IMG/VR virus record: IMGVR_UViG_3300028585_000514
Length of the DNA: 64,000 bases
Source of the DNA: a virus
Taxonomy: Duplodnaviria; Heunggongvirae; Uroviricota; Caudoviricetes
Strand: one strand, 5' to 3'
The notes under the pieces were generated by a model. That model was not told the origin of the DNA. It did not search any database and saw only the letters and a program-made list of their open reading frames with translations. The position numbers were made by a program, and so were the translations under genes. This document shows, piece after piece, positions 35,823 through 44,626 of this stretch. Positions within the stretch are counted from its first letter, which is position 1. Each line of letters begins with the position of its first letter.

Positions 35823-37373
35823 TTATCGACATTCCAAATTACTGCAAGAACAATCGTACTTCTCGCACTCACGGCAATAACCAGAGCAGCCACCGGAAGT
35901 GCAGCCGACGGTGTTCCAAGTACATACCACTGATAGGTCGATGCCGACTGGCGAATCGCCTGGCATCACAGATTCTGGAGCTAGGATTAGGTACAACGTA
36001 AACACGTGGACTTCACCAGTGTTAAATGTCGCGGTGACCTCATAGTCAAGAGTTTGTGTCTCTGCTGGTGGATTGGCCATGCGGCCAACGATCCAGCCAT
36101 TCGAAAGGCTTAGGCCTTCCGGCAACACGCCGCTCAGTTCGATCTTTTGGACCATCGAGTTGAAAGCCAGAAACGCGTAGACATCGGTATTGGCGTACAC
36201 GACGCGAGTGGCGGTGTAATGTCCCGATGTCAAGCCAGGCCCAGCTTTATGACTGAACGATGCAAGGATGTTGACACTGCCTTCATACTTGTCAGACAAT
36301 GTCAATAGGTTTGCCTTACGCAAAGTAATGTCAATCAGGAAGTTACTGAAGCTTGGAACAACTTGCGTTTCAGTGTACATCAGGTTACTATTGTAGGCAA
36401 GGCATGCAGACATAATGCCGGTCGCGATAGAAGTCCCAGCCGCCGTTCCTACGTTCCCGTCGATCGTCGCTACTTGGATGTTCGTACCCGGAGCCCAAGC
36501 GTCCAATGCACCGAAGTTGGTAGCATTTTGGGTGTTCTTGGTGGTGCTGGTATAGTTTGAGAATTCTGCCGGCTCGAAGTCTTCAGTATACGCGCCAATT
36601 GTGAATACCGCTTCCATCGAAGCCGGAGTAACTTGCTCGATTGGCACACCGCTATTACCAGCCGACGCAACCACCAAGGCACCAGCGTTGATTAGCGCTT
36701 GAATTTTTGATTCAAGATATTCGTCTTTAGGAATTGACCATGAAAGATTCACGATCGATGCTGAATCTTTATTTGCGATAATATCGTCAAGAATTGCGTC
36801 AAACGCCGCAACTAGATCGGAAGTCATCGTGGTCTTCGAACTATCAAAGACTTTCACGTTCTTGATTACTGAATTAGTGATACCGAGATTGACACCAGCG
36901 ATCACCGAAGCGATTGCGGTACCATGACCATTAGTATCGGAGAAGTCGCCGTTGAACGAGAACAAGTTCTGGACGTTGACGTCGGCAAATTCGGAGTGCG
37001 ATTGCATCACGCCAGAGTCGACCACATAAACGTTGGTGCGGGCGCCGCGCTTTTCATAAGTTGTTGAGGTGTCGGCGAATTCTAGTTCGCCGGCGCTTGC
37101 AGTCTTCCACCAGTCGGCATCGTGATCAAACGTAGCGGTAACTGTGGTAGCAGCAGGGATGACTTCAGCCGTATTTAGGAGTTTTGCTGAGACATTGCTG
37201 TCTTCGGTGATTTCATCCACTAGGTCCGTCGCTGTTGGAGCAACTACGCTTTCCACAACGAACACATTGGATCGAGTGGTTACACGCTTTGACGTGGTGA
37301 TGTTATTTGACGCCAGCCAGGAATCAATTTGTTCCTGAGTTGCTGTGTCTAGAAAATCGATGATATATTTCAT
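35823..37373 (-). CDS. S8 subtilisin-like peptidase, paralog 2, with a Cys-rich C-tail (module 2)
   Basis: VYVVDSGV / NGHGTAIASV / GTSIATGIMS. The tail is …CTWNTVGCTSGGCSGYCRECEKYDCSCSNLECR, and the N-terminus aligns with paralog 1 (MKYIIDFLDTATQEQIDSW…). Confidence 0.8.
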   Translation of the reverse strand: MKYIIDFLDTATQEQIDSWLASNNITTSKRVTTRSNVFVVESVVAPTATDLVDEITEDSNVSAKLLNTAEVIPAATTVTATFDHDADWWKTASAGELEFADTSTTYEKRGARTNVYVVDSGVMQSHSEFADVNVQNLFSFNGDFSDTNGHGTAIASVIAGVNLGITNSVIKNVKVFDSSKTTMTSDLVAAFDAILDDIIANKDSASIVNLSWSIPKDEYLESKIQALINAGALVVASAGNSGVPIEQVTPASMEAVFTIGAYTEDFEPAEFSNYTSTTKNTQNATNFGALDAWAPGTNIQVATIDGNVGTAAGTSIATGIMSACLAYNSNLMYTETQVVPSFSNFLIDITLRKANLLTLSDKYEGSVNILASFSHKAGPGLTSGHYTATRVVYANTDVYAFLAFNSMVQKIELSGVLPEGLSLSNGWIVGRMANPPAETQTLDYEVTATFNTGEVHVFTLYLILAPESVMPGDSPVGIDLSVVCTWNTVGCTSGGCSGYCRECEKYDCSCSNLECR

Positions 37374-37384
37374 TGATGGAGTTC

Positions 37385-38260
37385 TTAATTAGAAGATTTT
37401 GTTTGATCGGTTACTACTAACCGAGGTGAGTAATCATTGTTCAAACGTACTTGATATTTATTCCTAAACAATTGGTCAAATACGCGTTTCGATCTAGTGT
37501 TCATTTGCTGCCACTTCATCTTAGTTGTTACTCGCTCAGGATAGTGATCGTAGTAACACTTGACCATTTCGAATCCATTAAGCTTGGCGTATTGAGGTAT
37601 GATCGGAATCCCAATCATTTGATAATGCGCGCATTTAGCAACGTAGTTCGATCCGTCTGGAGTTTTAGGCAGGCGCTCGGAACATATGATTGCTGCTTTA
37701 GCTACCTTTTCGTTTTGGAGAAGGAAAAACGGGATCACTGAATATCCGCTAAGAGCCGCGTACCTATACAATCCAAAAATGGTATTATCGAGAGACAACG
37801 TTTTGGTCGGTAGATTTCCTGAGAACAATTTAGTCCCAGATGGAACCAATTCGGACATGGCCATATGAGTGCAAAGCTGTGGGCTAGAGCACTCATATTT
37901 CATTGCGTAATCTTCTAACCGATTTTCTAAGAAGTCGATAAGGTCAAAATCAATAATGCGTATTGAAACATTTTGCTGCTCACAAAATTGAATGATCTCG
38001 TTTCGGTCATGAAGATTAAAGCCTTCGTAATTTACATGAACGACATCAAATGGAACATTGGCGAGCTTCCAAACATAAACCATCGCTTGGCTGTCAATGC
38101 CACCAGATACAAACAACGTATGAGGAGCTGGCGTAGTAGCTGCGATTTCGCGAGCGTATTTTACCAACTCCTCTAAGCAATCAAGTTTGCTATCTACTTC
38201 ACTATCAATCGTTATTTTAACCGTTCGATTTAGATTTAATCCATCGTCTGATAGGTTCAT
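37385..38260 (-). CDS. PP-loop ATP pyrophosphatase, paralog 2 (module 2)
   Basis: FVSGGIDSQAMVYVW. It aligns with paralog 1 along its whole length. Confidence 0.75.
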   Translation of the reverse strand: MNLSDDGLNLNRTVKITIDSEVDSKLDCLEELVKYAREIAATTPAPHTLFVSGGIDSQAMVYVWKLANVPFDVVHVNYEGFNLHDRNEIIQFCEQQNVSIRIIDFDLIDFLENRLEDYAMKYECSSPQLCTHMAMSELVPSGTKLFSGNLPTKTLSLDNTIFGLYRYAALSGYSVIPFFLLQNEKVAKAAIICSERLPKTPDGSNYVAKCAHYQMIGIPIIPQYAKLNGFEMVKCYYDHYPERVTTKMKWQQMNTRSKRVFDQLFRNKYQVRLNNDYSPRLVVTDQTKSSN

Positions 38261-38302
38261 AGTGGTTTAAGAAATAGTGTTATGCACTATTTATTCACCG
38301 CT

Positions 38303-38335
38303 GCAAATCAAAATTCCAGCACACTCGCTGAATGT
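38303..38335 (-). terminator. hairpin CCAGCACA…TGTGCTGG followed by AATTTTGATTT on the minus strand
   Basis: Downstream of the vWA gene and upstream of PP-loop paralog 2. Confidence 0.45.
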
Positions 38336-38348
38336 GCTGGAACATGGT

Positions 38349-39647
38349 TTACTGCTTGATGATCAGCGTTGCTTTCTTCTGACGCTTAGCTTTTGCGATT
38401 TCTGCATTGGCTTCGGTGAGAGTGTTAACGGTCATCACTGCGATACCATCCTTCTTACGAACGAGGGTGATCTTGCCGGTTGGAGCAGCGTGACCAGGGA
38501 ATGGCCATGCTGGAGCAACTGGAGCGACAGGGATAACCGGTGCAACTGGTGCTGCGACCTTGGCGGCTTGTGCAGCAGCTTGTGGCACATACGAAGGACC
38601 TTCGGTGAAGGCTTGACCAACACGTGGCCAGTACATCACTTGAGTGCCAGCGACCAGATGGCGGTTGACTGAGGTCGATTGGACGAAGACGTCGAAGTCA
38701 CCGAACTTACCAGGGTGAACACGAGCATTGCCAGTGGTTGGTAGACCGATCATTTGACGAGCAGCAGGACCGTAGTACACTGCACCAGATTTCTTGTCAC
38801 GGATGACAATCATCTTCGAGTCTTGAATCTTCGATTCAGTCTTGGACAGCTGGTAGAATGCAGCGCCTTTCAGCATTGCCGACTTCAGGTGGCCTTCGAC
38901 GAATGGACGGATTTCCATCTTGTCCTGGTGGCTTGCCACATAGAACATCGACACTTCAGCCGAGATGTCTTTCAGGTTTGCTTTGACATCGGCGACGGTC
39001 ACATTGGACAGGTCAGCGAAGAAGGTCGAGGACGACTTCTTACCAGCAGCACGATCGCTGAAGTAGTTGTTGAATGCAGCAGTGGTTGCAGCGGTAGCGA
39101 CTTCCACACCACGAACGGTTTGATCCCATTCTTGGATATTGCCAGCTGGGATACCAAGACGTTCTAGTTCGCGCGAATTGCCACGTGGAACACGGAACAC
39201 GAAGGTCCAACGATCGGTAGCTTGCAGCTTACGCATTTCGTTAGCCAGCGAGGAGCCACTCCAACGCTTCGACGAATTCTCGCCGCCGTCAGTGGTGACG
39301 AGGACCAGGAAGGAAACTTCTGGGTCGTTGTAATCCGGGGTTGCTTTGAAGATGTCGATCAGTTCACCGACGGAGTCGAACAGGGGAGTTGAATTGCCAT
39401 TTGCGACATAGTTGTCGATTGGGCGAAGTGCGGTCACCGCGTTGTTGACGATTTGACGTTTGACGATGGTACCGCGACCGCTATCACGAATGCCGCATTG
39501 CACGACGCTGACGATAGTGTCTGAGAAGTTCTTGATTGATGCAGTTTTGATTGCGTCGATCGACGTGTTGTAGTCGCGAGCTGCTGCTTGGGTGAGGCCG
39601 CCCATTGAAGCTGAGTGGTCGTTTGAAAAGCCGATATATTGTTTCAT
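38349..39647 (-). CDS. von Willebrand factor A (vWA/MIDAS) domain protein
   Basis: GFSNDHSASMGG matches the DxSxS MIDAS motif, and TDGGEN follows. Start MKQYIG with a GGAG ribosome-binding site. It lies directly upstream of the peptidase/PP-loop modules. Confidence 0.7.
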   Translation of the reverse strand: MKQYIGFSNDHSASMGGLTQAAARDYNTSIDAIKTASIKNFSDTIVSVVQCGIRDSGRGTIVKRQIVNNAVTALRPIDNYVANGNSTPLFDSVGELIDIFKATPDYNDPEVSFLVLVTTDGGENSSKRWSGSSLANEMRKLQATDRWTFVFRVPRGNSRELERLGIPAGNIQEWDQTVRGVEVATAATTAAFNNYFSDRAAGKKSSSTFFADLSNVTVADVKANLKDISAEVSMFYVASHQDKMEIRPFVEGHLKSAMLKGAAFYQLSKTESKIQDSKMIVIRDKKSGAVYYGPAARQMIGLPTTGNARVHPGKFGDFDVFVQSTSVNRHLVAGTQVMYWPRVGQAFTEGPSYVPQAAAQAAKVAAPVAPVIPVAPVAPAWPFPGHAAPTGKITLVRKKDGIAVMTVNTLTEANAEIAKAKRQKKATLIIKQ

Positions 39648-39881
39648 AAAATTCTCCGAAAGTATTATTTTTGTAAAGGGGTATTGCAAAGATGAAAATC
39701 AAACTATGCGAAAAGTGATCAGCACCAACAAGGCGTTGATGTAGATATTTATAGTAGGATTTTGAAGCGGATTTCGTGAATCGCTGGAATTTTTCGTGGT
39801 GAACGAAAGGAGATGTTGCTCCAACGATGAATAGAATTATATCGCGATCGTGGCCGCGCCCACGCTAGAAATGATCGCAAA

Positions 39882-39903
39882 AAAGGAGACCGAAGTCTCC
39901 TTT
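39882..39903. terminator. palindromic hairpin AAAGGAGAC-CGAA-GTCTCCTTT (copy 2 of 3), with a T6 tract on the minus strand
   Basis: Downstream of the photolyase-like gene. Confidence 0.65.
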
Positions 39904-39922
39904 GTTTGAAGCTTGATAAAGC

Positions 39923-41125
39923 TTAGTATGCCAGCTTTTCGAAGGCCGTGTCGCGTACCATTTTCAGGACCTTGCCGTATGAGAGACCATAGGCACCGAT
40001 GCACTGCGTATAGTTGTTTGGTGATTGGCCATCGAGGCCAATGAAGTCAAACGTGTCGATGATGGTCTCGAGTGCCTTGGGCCCGTTGTCGGACATATAG
40101 AACACCTTGCTAGCGAAGTACATTCGAGCACGATTTGGCATGATGCCGTGCTTGTACATTTCCGTGATCAGGAAGTCGAGGTCCTTGTCGCCAGTGTTTG
40201 CAGCCTTGACCGCCTGAATGTCCAGGGTTGAGCCAGGGAGCGGCGATTGCGAAATGAGATTGTCATATGCTGCATGATGCATGAGCGCCTTGGCCCACTG
40301 CAGCGGCGTATTTTCCAAGGTCATACGAGCCTTACGAGCCTGGATGATCGAGATTTCACGGAACGCCATTTGGCGAAGGATCGCGATACCAGGGCTACCT
40401 TCACCGAGGTCTTTGAATTCCTTGGCAACCGAGTAGAAGATGTTGGCTGGGTCGAGGATGCCGTTGTGCAGGGCGACGGACATGTTGGTTTGGCCATCGT
40501 GGCGATCACGCGTTGCATGGTACGTTTCAACTGTTGCGTGAATGCGACGCAGAACAGCTTGACGATCCATGAGCGGATGAGGAGTTTTGACTATAGGATA
40601 GCCAGTACCCAGGCCGACATAGCGCAGCAAGTTGAATGGCTTAATGTCGCGCGACAGACGATGTGGGATGAACGTGCTGATTGCCTTGACATGCGATTGC
40701 CAACGAGACTTGGCGGTCATTTTGAAGCACTCGTGATCGACCAGGTCCGAGTCGATAATGGTGACGGGCGCCTCGATTTTGTGGAGGTTAATCGAGTGCC
40801 ACATGTGGAACAGCGGCTGATCAATGATGACTTGATCGAAGCCATGCTCCTTGATAAGAGCATTCATATGGCTGACTGGGTCTTGCTCACGGAAGACGTG
40901 AAGTTTGCACTTGGTCATGTCGAACAGGACACGGTCGAACTCGTTGATCGAGTAGTAGAAGGCATCCAGATTTTCCTGGCTGCAACGGTTATAGATGTCA
41001 CGTTCGCGTTGACCTGCGAAATGGTATGGCGAATAGTACACGAAGCAGCATTCGCCACCAAGCAGGGAAGTGAGACGTGAATCCATTCGGAAGGAATGGG
41101 TCATCCAGACAAGAGTCCGTGCCAT
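39923..41125 (-). CDS. photolyase/cryptochrome-family protein
   Basis: The C-terminal GIMPNRARMYFASKVF resembles the photolyase FAD-domain motif (…HNRxRMIVASFL…). It is about 400 aa long with an alpha/beta N-terminal domain. Confidence 0.55.
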   Translation of the reverse strand: MARTLVWMTHSFRMDSRLTSLLGGECCFVYYSPYHFAGQRERDIYNRCSQENLDAFYYSINEFDRVLFDMTKCKLHVFREQDPVSHMNALIKEHGFDQVIIDQPLFHMWHSINLHKIEAPVTIIDSDLVDHECFKMTAKSRWQSHVKAISTFIPHRLSRDIKPFNLLRYVGLGTGYPIVKTPHPLMDRQAVLRRIHATVETYHATRDRHDGQTNMSVALHNGILDPANIFYSVAKEFKDLGEGSPGIAILRQMAFREISIIQARKARMTLENTPLQWAKALMHHAAYDNLISQSPLPGSTLDIQAVKAANTGDKDLDFLITEMYKHGIMPNRARMYFASKVFYMSDNGPKALETIIDTFDFIGLDGQSPNNYTQCIGAYGLSYGKVLKMVRDTAFEKLAY

Positions 41126-41166
41126 AATGATTCCTATGTAATATTGATAGACCGATTATACCACGC

Positions 41167-41583
41167 TTAATGTCGGTGGGTAGGAATTCGGGAATGTTCG
41201 TGTTGGCCATGATTTTTGACATGGACTTCGATGTACTCGAGATCAGGCATCCAGCGATAGGTGATGGTGAGCATCACGCCGTCGTACCATTCGCCGTCGT
41301 TGCCATCTTCTGGAAATTTAGTTTGAACAAACATCTTGGTGATCGACACGTGACGATCAGGATACTTGGTGAGTTCCGACTTGTAATATTGACGGAGGTC
41401 CTGGATGGCGTCGCGGAACTGTGCGCGTTGAGCATCGGTCGTGATGATCGTTCCCATTTGCATGCAATCTTCATCTTCAGTGCCAGCAAAGACTTCGACC
41501 TCATTCTGGGCGGCTGCCACTAGGAAAGCGAGAGACTTGAGACCGTCGAACTCAACCAAATCCATGTCGCATGAAATAAACAT
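41167..41583 (-). CDS. hypothetical protein (start MFISCDMDL)
   Basis: Promoter at 41615-41643. Confidence 0.5.
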   Translation of the reverse strand: MFISCDMDLVEFDGLKSLAFLVAAAQNEVEVFAGTEDEDCMQMGTIITTDAQRAQFRDAIQDLRQYYKSELTKYPDRHVSITKMFVQTKFPEDGNDGEWYDGVMLTITYRWMPDLEYIEVHVKNHGQHEHSRIPTHRH

Positions 41584-41614
41584 TTGAATCCCCAAGCATG
41601 TTGAACTTGAAGCA

Positions 41615-41643
41615 ATTATATACTAACTTAAAGAATGTGTACA
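41615..41643 (-). promoter_or_regulatory. promoter TGTACA-N17-TATAAT (P7)
   Basis: Spacer CATTCTTTAAGTTAGTA. Upstream of 41167..41583. Confidence 0.55.
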
Positions 41644-41661
41644 CTTTTTGTGGGCAACAAA

Positions 41662-41683
41662 AAAGGAGACCGAAGTCTCCTTT
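41662..41683. terminator. palindromic hairpin AAAGGAGAC-CGAA-GTCTCCTTT (copy 3 of 3), with a T6 tract on the minus strand
   Basis: Downstream of 41700..42242. Confidence 0.65.
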
Positions 41684-41699
41684 GTAAGGTCTGGCTTAA

Positions 41700-42242
41700 T
41701 TATTCAGCGAGCATTGGGAATTTCTCGTCGATCTGTTCATCGTCGAGGCCAACTGCTTCTACCAGGTATTCACGGAGCAAGTTAGCTTTACCGGTCATCT
41801 CATATACCTCTTGATGGCCGTTAATACGAATCACTGCTTTCGGCTTAACACCGATTCCGAGGTTTGCGAGGTATTCGACCTCTTGATTAGTCAGTTCACG
41901 TGGCGAAACGAATTCGATGGTTGCTTCGGTTTTCGCTTCTGGATATTCGTACGTGATCTTCATCTTCACGTTTGGGTTGTTGCGATCTACTTCACTGGCG
42001 AAGGACGGCAGGTCGATGCCACGAACATAGCTGTAGAATCCACGGGCATTCTTGATGCAGCCGATCCGCATGAGCACATCGATCATGGATTGGACTGTGC
42101 TTTCTTTACGCCCGAGCAGTGTCATGATCGGACGAAGTTCGGCGATCATTTCGCGCCGCGTCGGGTAGTGTTCTTGCTTGGTCTTGTTGCGGAGGAAATC
42201 GGAGACGGTCTTTGCGACCTGGAAATGTGCAGCAGCTGGCAT
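41700..42242 (-). CDS. hypothetical protein
   Basis: A 180-aa ORF with a terminator at 41662-41683. Confidence 0.6.
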   Translation of the reverse strand: MPAAAHFQVAKTVSDFLRNKTKQEHYPTRREMIAELRPIMTLLGRKESTVQSMIDVLMRIGCIKNARGFYSYVRGIDLPSFASEVDRNNPNVKMKITYEYPEAKTEATIEFVSPRELTNQEVEYLANLGIGVKPKAVIRINGHQEVYEMTGKANLLREYLVEAVGLDDEQIDEKFPMLAE

Positions 42243-42353
42243 GGTGATCCTTTAAAAAGTTTAGTGTATATGAACAACAATTCCCTTAAGAGGGTTCGAA
42301 CGCATAGCATTCGGAATTGATTATACGCTAAACATTTTTCAAAGTAACTGGAA

Positions 42354-42432
42354 TGGTACCCGTGGACGGATTCGAACCGACACATGAACTGCGTTTGAGG
42401 CAGCCGCCTTCTTCCAATTGGGCTACACGGGC
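42354..42432 (-). tRNA. tRNA, anticodon read as CAA, but type I (short variable arm); CCA encoded; identity uncertain
   Basis: Hand-folded: acceptor GCCCGTG/CACGGGT, anticodon stem GCTGC/GCAGT with loop CTCAAAC, T-arm GTCGG-TTCGAAT-CCGTC (one mismatch). Confidence 0.5.
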
Positions 42433-42445
42433 ATTGTAAAGTATT

Positions 42446-42541
42446 TGGCGGAAGATGTGGGATTCGAACCCACGAGGCGTCTTTTGGACACCTTCACTCC
42501 TTAGCAGGGAGGACCAATCAACCAGGCTCTGGCAATCTTCC
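42446..42541 (-). tRNA. tRNA-Ser(GCT), type II, CCA encoded
   Basis: Acceptor GGAAGAT/ATCTTCC, anticodon loop CTGCTAA, long variable arm, T-arm GTGGG-TTCGAAT-CCCAC. Confidence 0.75.
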
Positions 42542-42549
42542 GTAATGTT

Positions 42550-42642
42550 TGGCGGAGAGCGAGGGACTCGAACCCCCACACCCATTGCTGGGCCTTCTGC
42601 TTTCGAGGCAGCTGCCGCTATGCCGATTCGGCTAAGCTCTCC
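42550..42642 (-). tRNA. tRNA-Ser(CGA), type II, CCA encoded
   Basis: Acceptor GGAGAGC/GCTCTCC, anticodon loop CTCGAAA, long variable arm. Confidence 0.75.
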
Positions 42643-42736
42643 GTATATGACATCAGGTACCGTCGCAAAGCGCCCATTTAAGGGGTGACCATGGCTGCGG
42701 ATGTGTACACTATCCATCGTTTGCTTACTGATGTCA

Positions 42737-42816
42737 TGGAGTCCCCGGCCGGAATCGAACCGAAAAAGCATCTCTTGTTTTGCAGACAAGCGGATGAACC
42801 ATTCTCCCACAGGGAC
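42737..42816 (-). tRNA. tRNA-Cys(GCA), CCA encoded
   Basis: Acceptor GTCCCTG/CGGGGAC (one G-U pair), anticodon stem CTTGT/ACAAG with loop CTGCAAA. Confidence 0.6.
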
Positions 42817-42830
42817 TTAGATTGTATTGC

Positions 42831-42925
42831 TGGCGGAGACGGAGGGACTCGAACCCCCACACCCACTTCCGTGAGCCCTCTGTTTTCAAGACAGCTGCCG
42901 CTATGCCGATTCGGCTAACGTCTCC
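42831..42925 (-). tRNA. tRNA-Ser(TGA), type II, CCA encoded
   Basis: A paralog of 42550..42642. Anticodon loop CTTGAAA. Confidence 0.75.
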
Positions 42926-42931
42926 GTAATT

Positions 42932-43099
42932 TTAGTCGCACTCGTCGACTAGTTCGAAATCGCCTGCTTCGAGGTTGTCGATTGCTTTGTTGATTGCTGC
43001 TTCAACTTGATCAATCGTGGCGTTTGGGTTGGTACCAGGGAAAATACTGCGAACAGTAACGCCACGTGGTTTCAATCGTTCATTTAATTCGGTCAACAT
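42932..43099 (-). CDS. hypothetical small protein between tRNAs (55 aa)
   Basis: MLTELNERLKPRGVTV…. The upstream part of the track ORF overlaps a tRNA. Confidence 0.4.
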   Translation of the reverse strand: MLTELNERLKPRGVTVRSIFPGTNPNATIDQVEAAINKAIDNLEAGDFELVDECD

Positions 43100-43117
43100 A
43101 AAGTTCTCCATAAAGTT

Positions 43118-43208
43118 TGGCGGTGATGGTGGGATTCGAACCCACGGACCCATTTCCGAATCGCTACCTTTCCAGGGTAGTACCTTAAACCAACTCAGCC
43201 ACATCACC
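43118..43208 (-). tRNA. tRNA-Ser(GGA), type II, CCA encoded
   Basis: Acceptor GGTGATG/CATCACC, anticodon stem CTACC/GGTAG with loop CTGGAAA. Confidence 0.75.
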
Positions 43209-43240
43209 GTAGGATGCGGAGTTAACCGCATCGTTGTATC

Positions 43241-43597
43241 TTAGGTCGTATGATCACCGATCGACACAGGCAATTTCAAAGTCGATTGGAGAGTCATTAG
43301 AACTTTTAGGACTTCTTCTTTCGAAGCAGTCAAGCGCAATTCCGTGCCGCTTGGGTTTGAGCTCGTGAACATATCTTTCACGGCACTGATGGCTTTGTCA
43401 CCAACAGCGTCAAAAATATTTCCGATGTCATCAACCCAAAGACGCAGTTCGATTTGGTCGCCTTTGGTAACAATCATGCCGACCGCTTGATCACGGAAAA
43501 TGACATGGTTATCCAACGACTTCGAAAGTCTCGCGGAAAGTTGTTCTTCGGTTTTCAAACCTGCTTCCATCAGCATTAGTTCTTTGATTAGGTTCAT
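43241..43597 (-). CDS. hypothetical protein
   Basis: A 118-aa ORF. Confidence 0.55.
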   Translation of the reverse strand: MNLIKELMLMEAGLKTEEQLSARLSKSLDNHVIFRDQAVGMIVTKGDQIELRLWVDDIGNIFDAVGDKAISAVKDMFTSSNPSGTELRLTASKEEVLKVLMTLQSTLKLPVSIGDHTT

Positions 43598-43647
43598 TGC
43601 AATTCCTATGTTATGTTATTGGATGAATTATTTATAGCATCATAACA

Positions 43648-44025
43648 TCACATGACAGATTCAGGATCAAGTTGCAATTTTCTGCCGATCGCTTGTTGCA
43701 TCACGACTAGAACTTGTGCCATCTCTTGTTTGGAACCTGAAATCACTCGACCATCTTTTGTTATCTGGTTATCGCGTGAATTTTCAAATTCCTTAGCCAT
43801 CTTGTTCCACACTGCAGCACCAAACGTAGCACGAATGTCGCGGTCGTAACCGTGAAGTTCTAGTGCATTGCCTCTGGTGAAGAAAGCAGCGATGACAACA
43901 TCAGTCTTCGCTTCGTGGACCATGATTAGGCCATTGCGTTTCGAAAGAATGTCTTTCTCAATATCAGCTCGCGTTAGCAAGTCTGTTGAAGGAGTAAACT
44001 CCATAATCAAATCACTTAGTCTCAT
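43648..44025 (-). CDS. hypothetical protein (start MRLSDLIME)
   Basis: The internal Met is preceded by AAGATTTATATG. Confidence 0.5.
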   Translation of the reverse strand: MRLSDLIMEFTPSTDLLTRADIEKDILSKRNGLIMVHEAKTDVVIAAFFTRGNALELHGYDRDIRATFGAAVWNKMAKEFENSRDNQITKDGRVISGSKQEMAQVLVVMQQAIGRKLQLDPESVM

Positions 44026-44061
44026 ATAAATCTTCCGGTTGGTTGTGGAAGTATTTATCGC

Positions 44062-44136
44062 TGGCATCCCGCACGAGAGTCGAACTCGTCTTTATAGAGT
44101 GAAAGTCTATTGTCCTAACCGATAGACGAACGGGAT
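44062..44136 (-). tRNA. tRNA-Glu(TTC), CCA encoded
   Basis: Acceptor ATCCCGT/GCGGGAT, anticodon stem ATAGA/TCTAT with loop CTTTCAC, T-arm ACGAG-TTCGACT-CTCGT. Confidence 0.7.
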
Positions 44137-44142
44137 AATGTT

Positions 44143-44247
44143 TGGTGTAGCATCCGGGAATCGAACCGCGGTAGGTCTAAGGAATCTGCAGCTCCCATGG
44201 ACATCGACATCACTGGCCGCGCTGGCTCCATACCAGCCTAATACTAC
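44143..44247 (-). tRNA. 105-nt tRNA-like gene with a ~30-nt internal insertion and a bulged T-stem; CCA encoded
   Basis: Acceptor GTAGTAT/ATGCTAC pairs, and the D-arm GGCT-GGTATGG-AGCC is canonical. The T-arm CCGCGG-TTCGATT-CCCGG has one bulged C. I could not fold the anticodon region. Confidence 0.4.
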
Positions 44248-44248
44248 A

Positions 44249-44332
44249 TGGTGGGTTGTGTAGGAGTCGAACCTACTGACCAGAGGTCACGGGGTTACAG
44301 CCCGCTGCAGTCACCAATGCTGCTCACAACCC
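44249..44332 (-). tRNA. tRNA-Tyr(GTA), long variable arm, CCA encoded
   Basis: Acceptor GGGTTGT/ACAACCC, anticodon stem GCGGG/CCCGT with loop CTGTAAC. Confidence 0.7.
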
Positions 44333-44344
44333 ATATTGTTGTTT

Positions 44345-44426
44345 TGGTGTACATGGTTGGAATCGAACCAACTCAGCCGAAGCCACTGCTTTACAGGCAG
44401 CTTATCTCTCCAAGGATTGCACGTAC
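44345..44426 (-). tRNA. tRNA with a GTA anticodon (Tyr-like), long variable arm, atypical D-arm
   Basis: Acceptor GTACGTG/CATGTAC, anticodon loop CTGTAAA, T-arm GTTGG-TTCGATT-CCAAC. Confidence 0.55.
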
Positions 44427-44429
44427 ATA

Positions 44430-44521
44430 TGGTGGACGCGGTAGGACTCGAACCTACACAGTCTTATTTGGTTGCGGGAGGGTTACAGCCTCTTGAGCTC
44501 TAGCCAGTGCTCAGCACGTCC
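44430..44521 (-). tRNA. tRNA with a GTA anticodon (Tyr-like), long variable arm
   Basis: Acceptor GGACGTG/CGCGTCC, D-arm GAGC/GCTC, anticodon loop CTGTAAC, T-arm TAGG-TTCGAGT-CCTA. Confidence 0.6.
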
Positions 44522-44532
44522 ATATTATTGTT

Positions 44533-44616
44533 TGGCATCGCATGGGGGACTCGAACCCCAGTCGTGAGACGTCACCTTGAAAGGGTGATGACGGTTACCG
44601 GCCGTCAACATGCGAT
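44533..44616 (-). tRNA. tRNA with a TTC anticodon but a long variable arm (identity uncertain)
   Basis: Acceptor ATCGCAT/ATGCGAT, D-stem TGAC/GTCA, anticodon stem TCACC/GGTGA with loop CTTTCAA. Confidence 0.5.
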
Positions 44617-44626
44617 GTAGTTGCGT

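Noticed and set aside
42550-42925. Two 93-95-nt near-identical segments (42550-42642 and 42831-42925), flagged as a possible direct repeat or mobile element.
   Set aside because: They are paralogous tRNA-Ser genes (CGA and TGA anticodons) differing mainly in the anticodon and variable arm.
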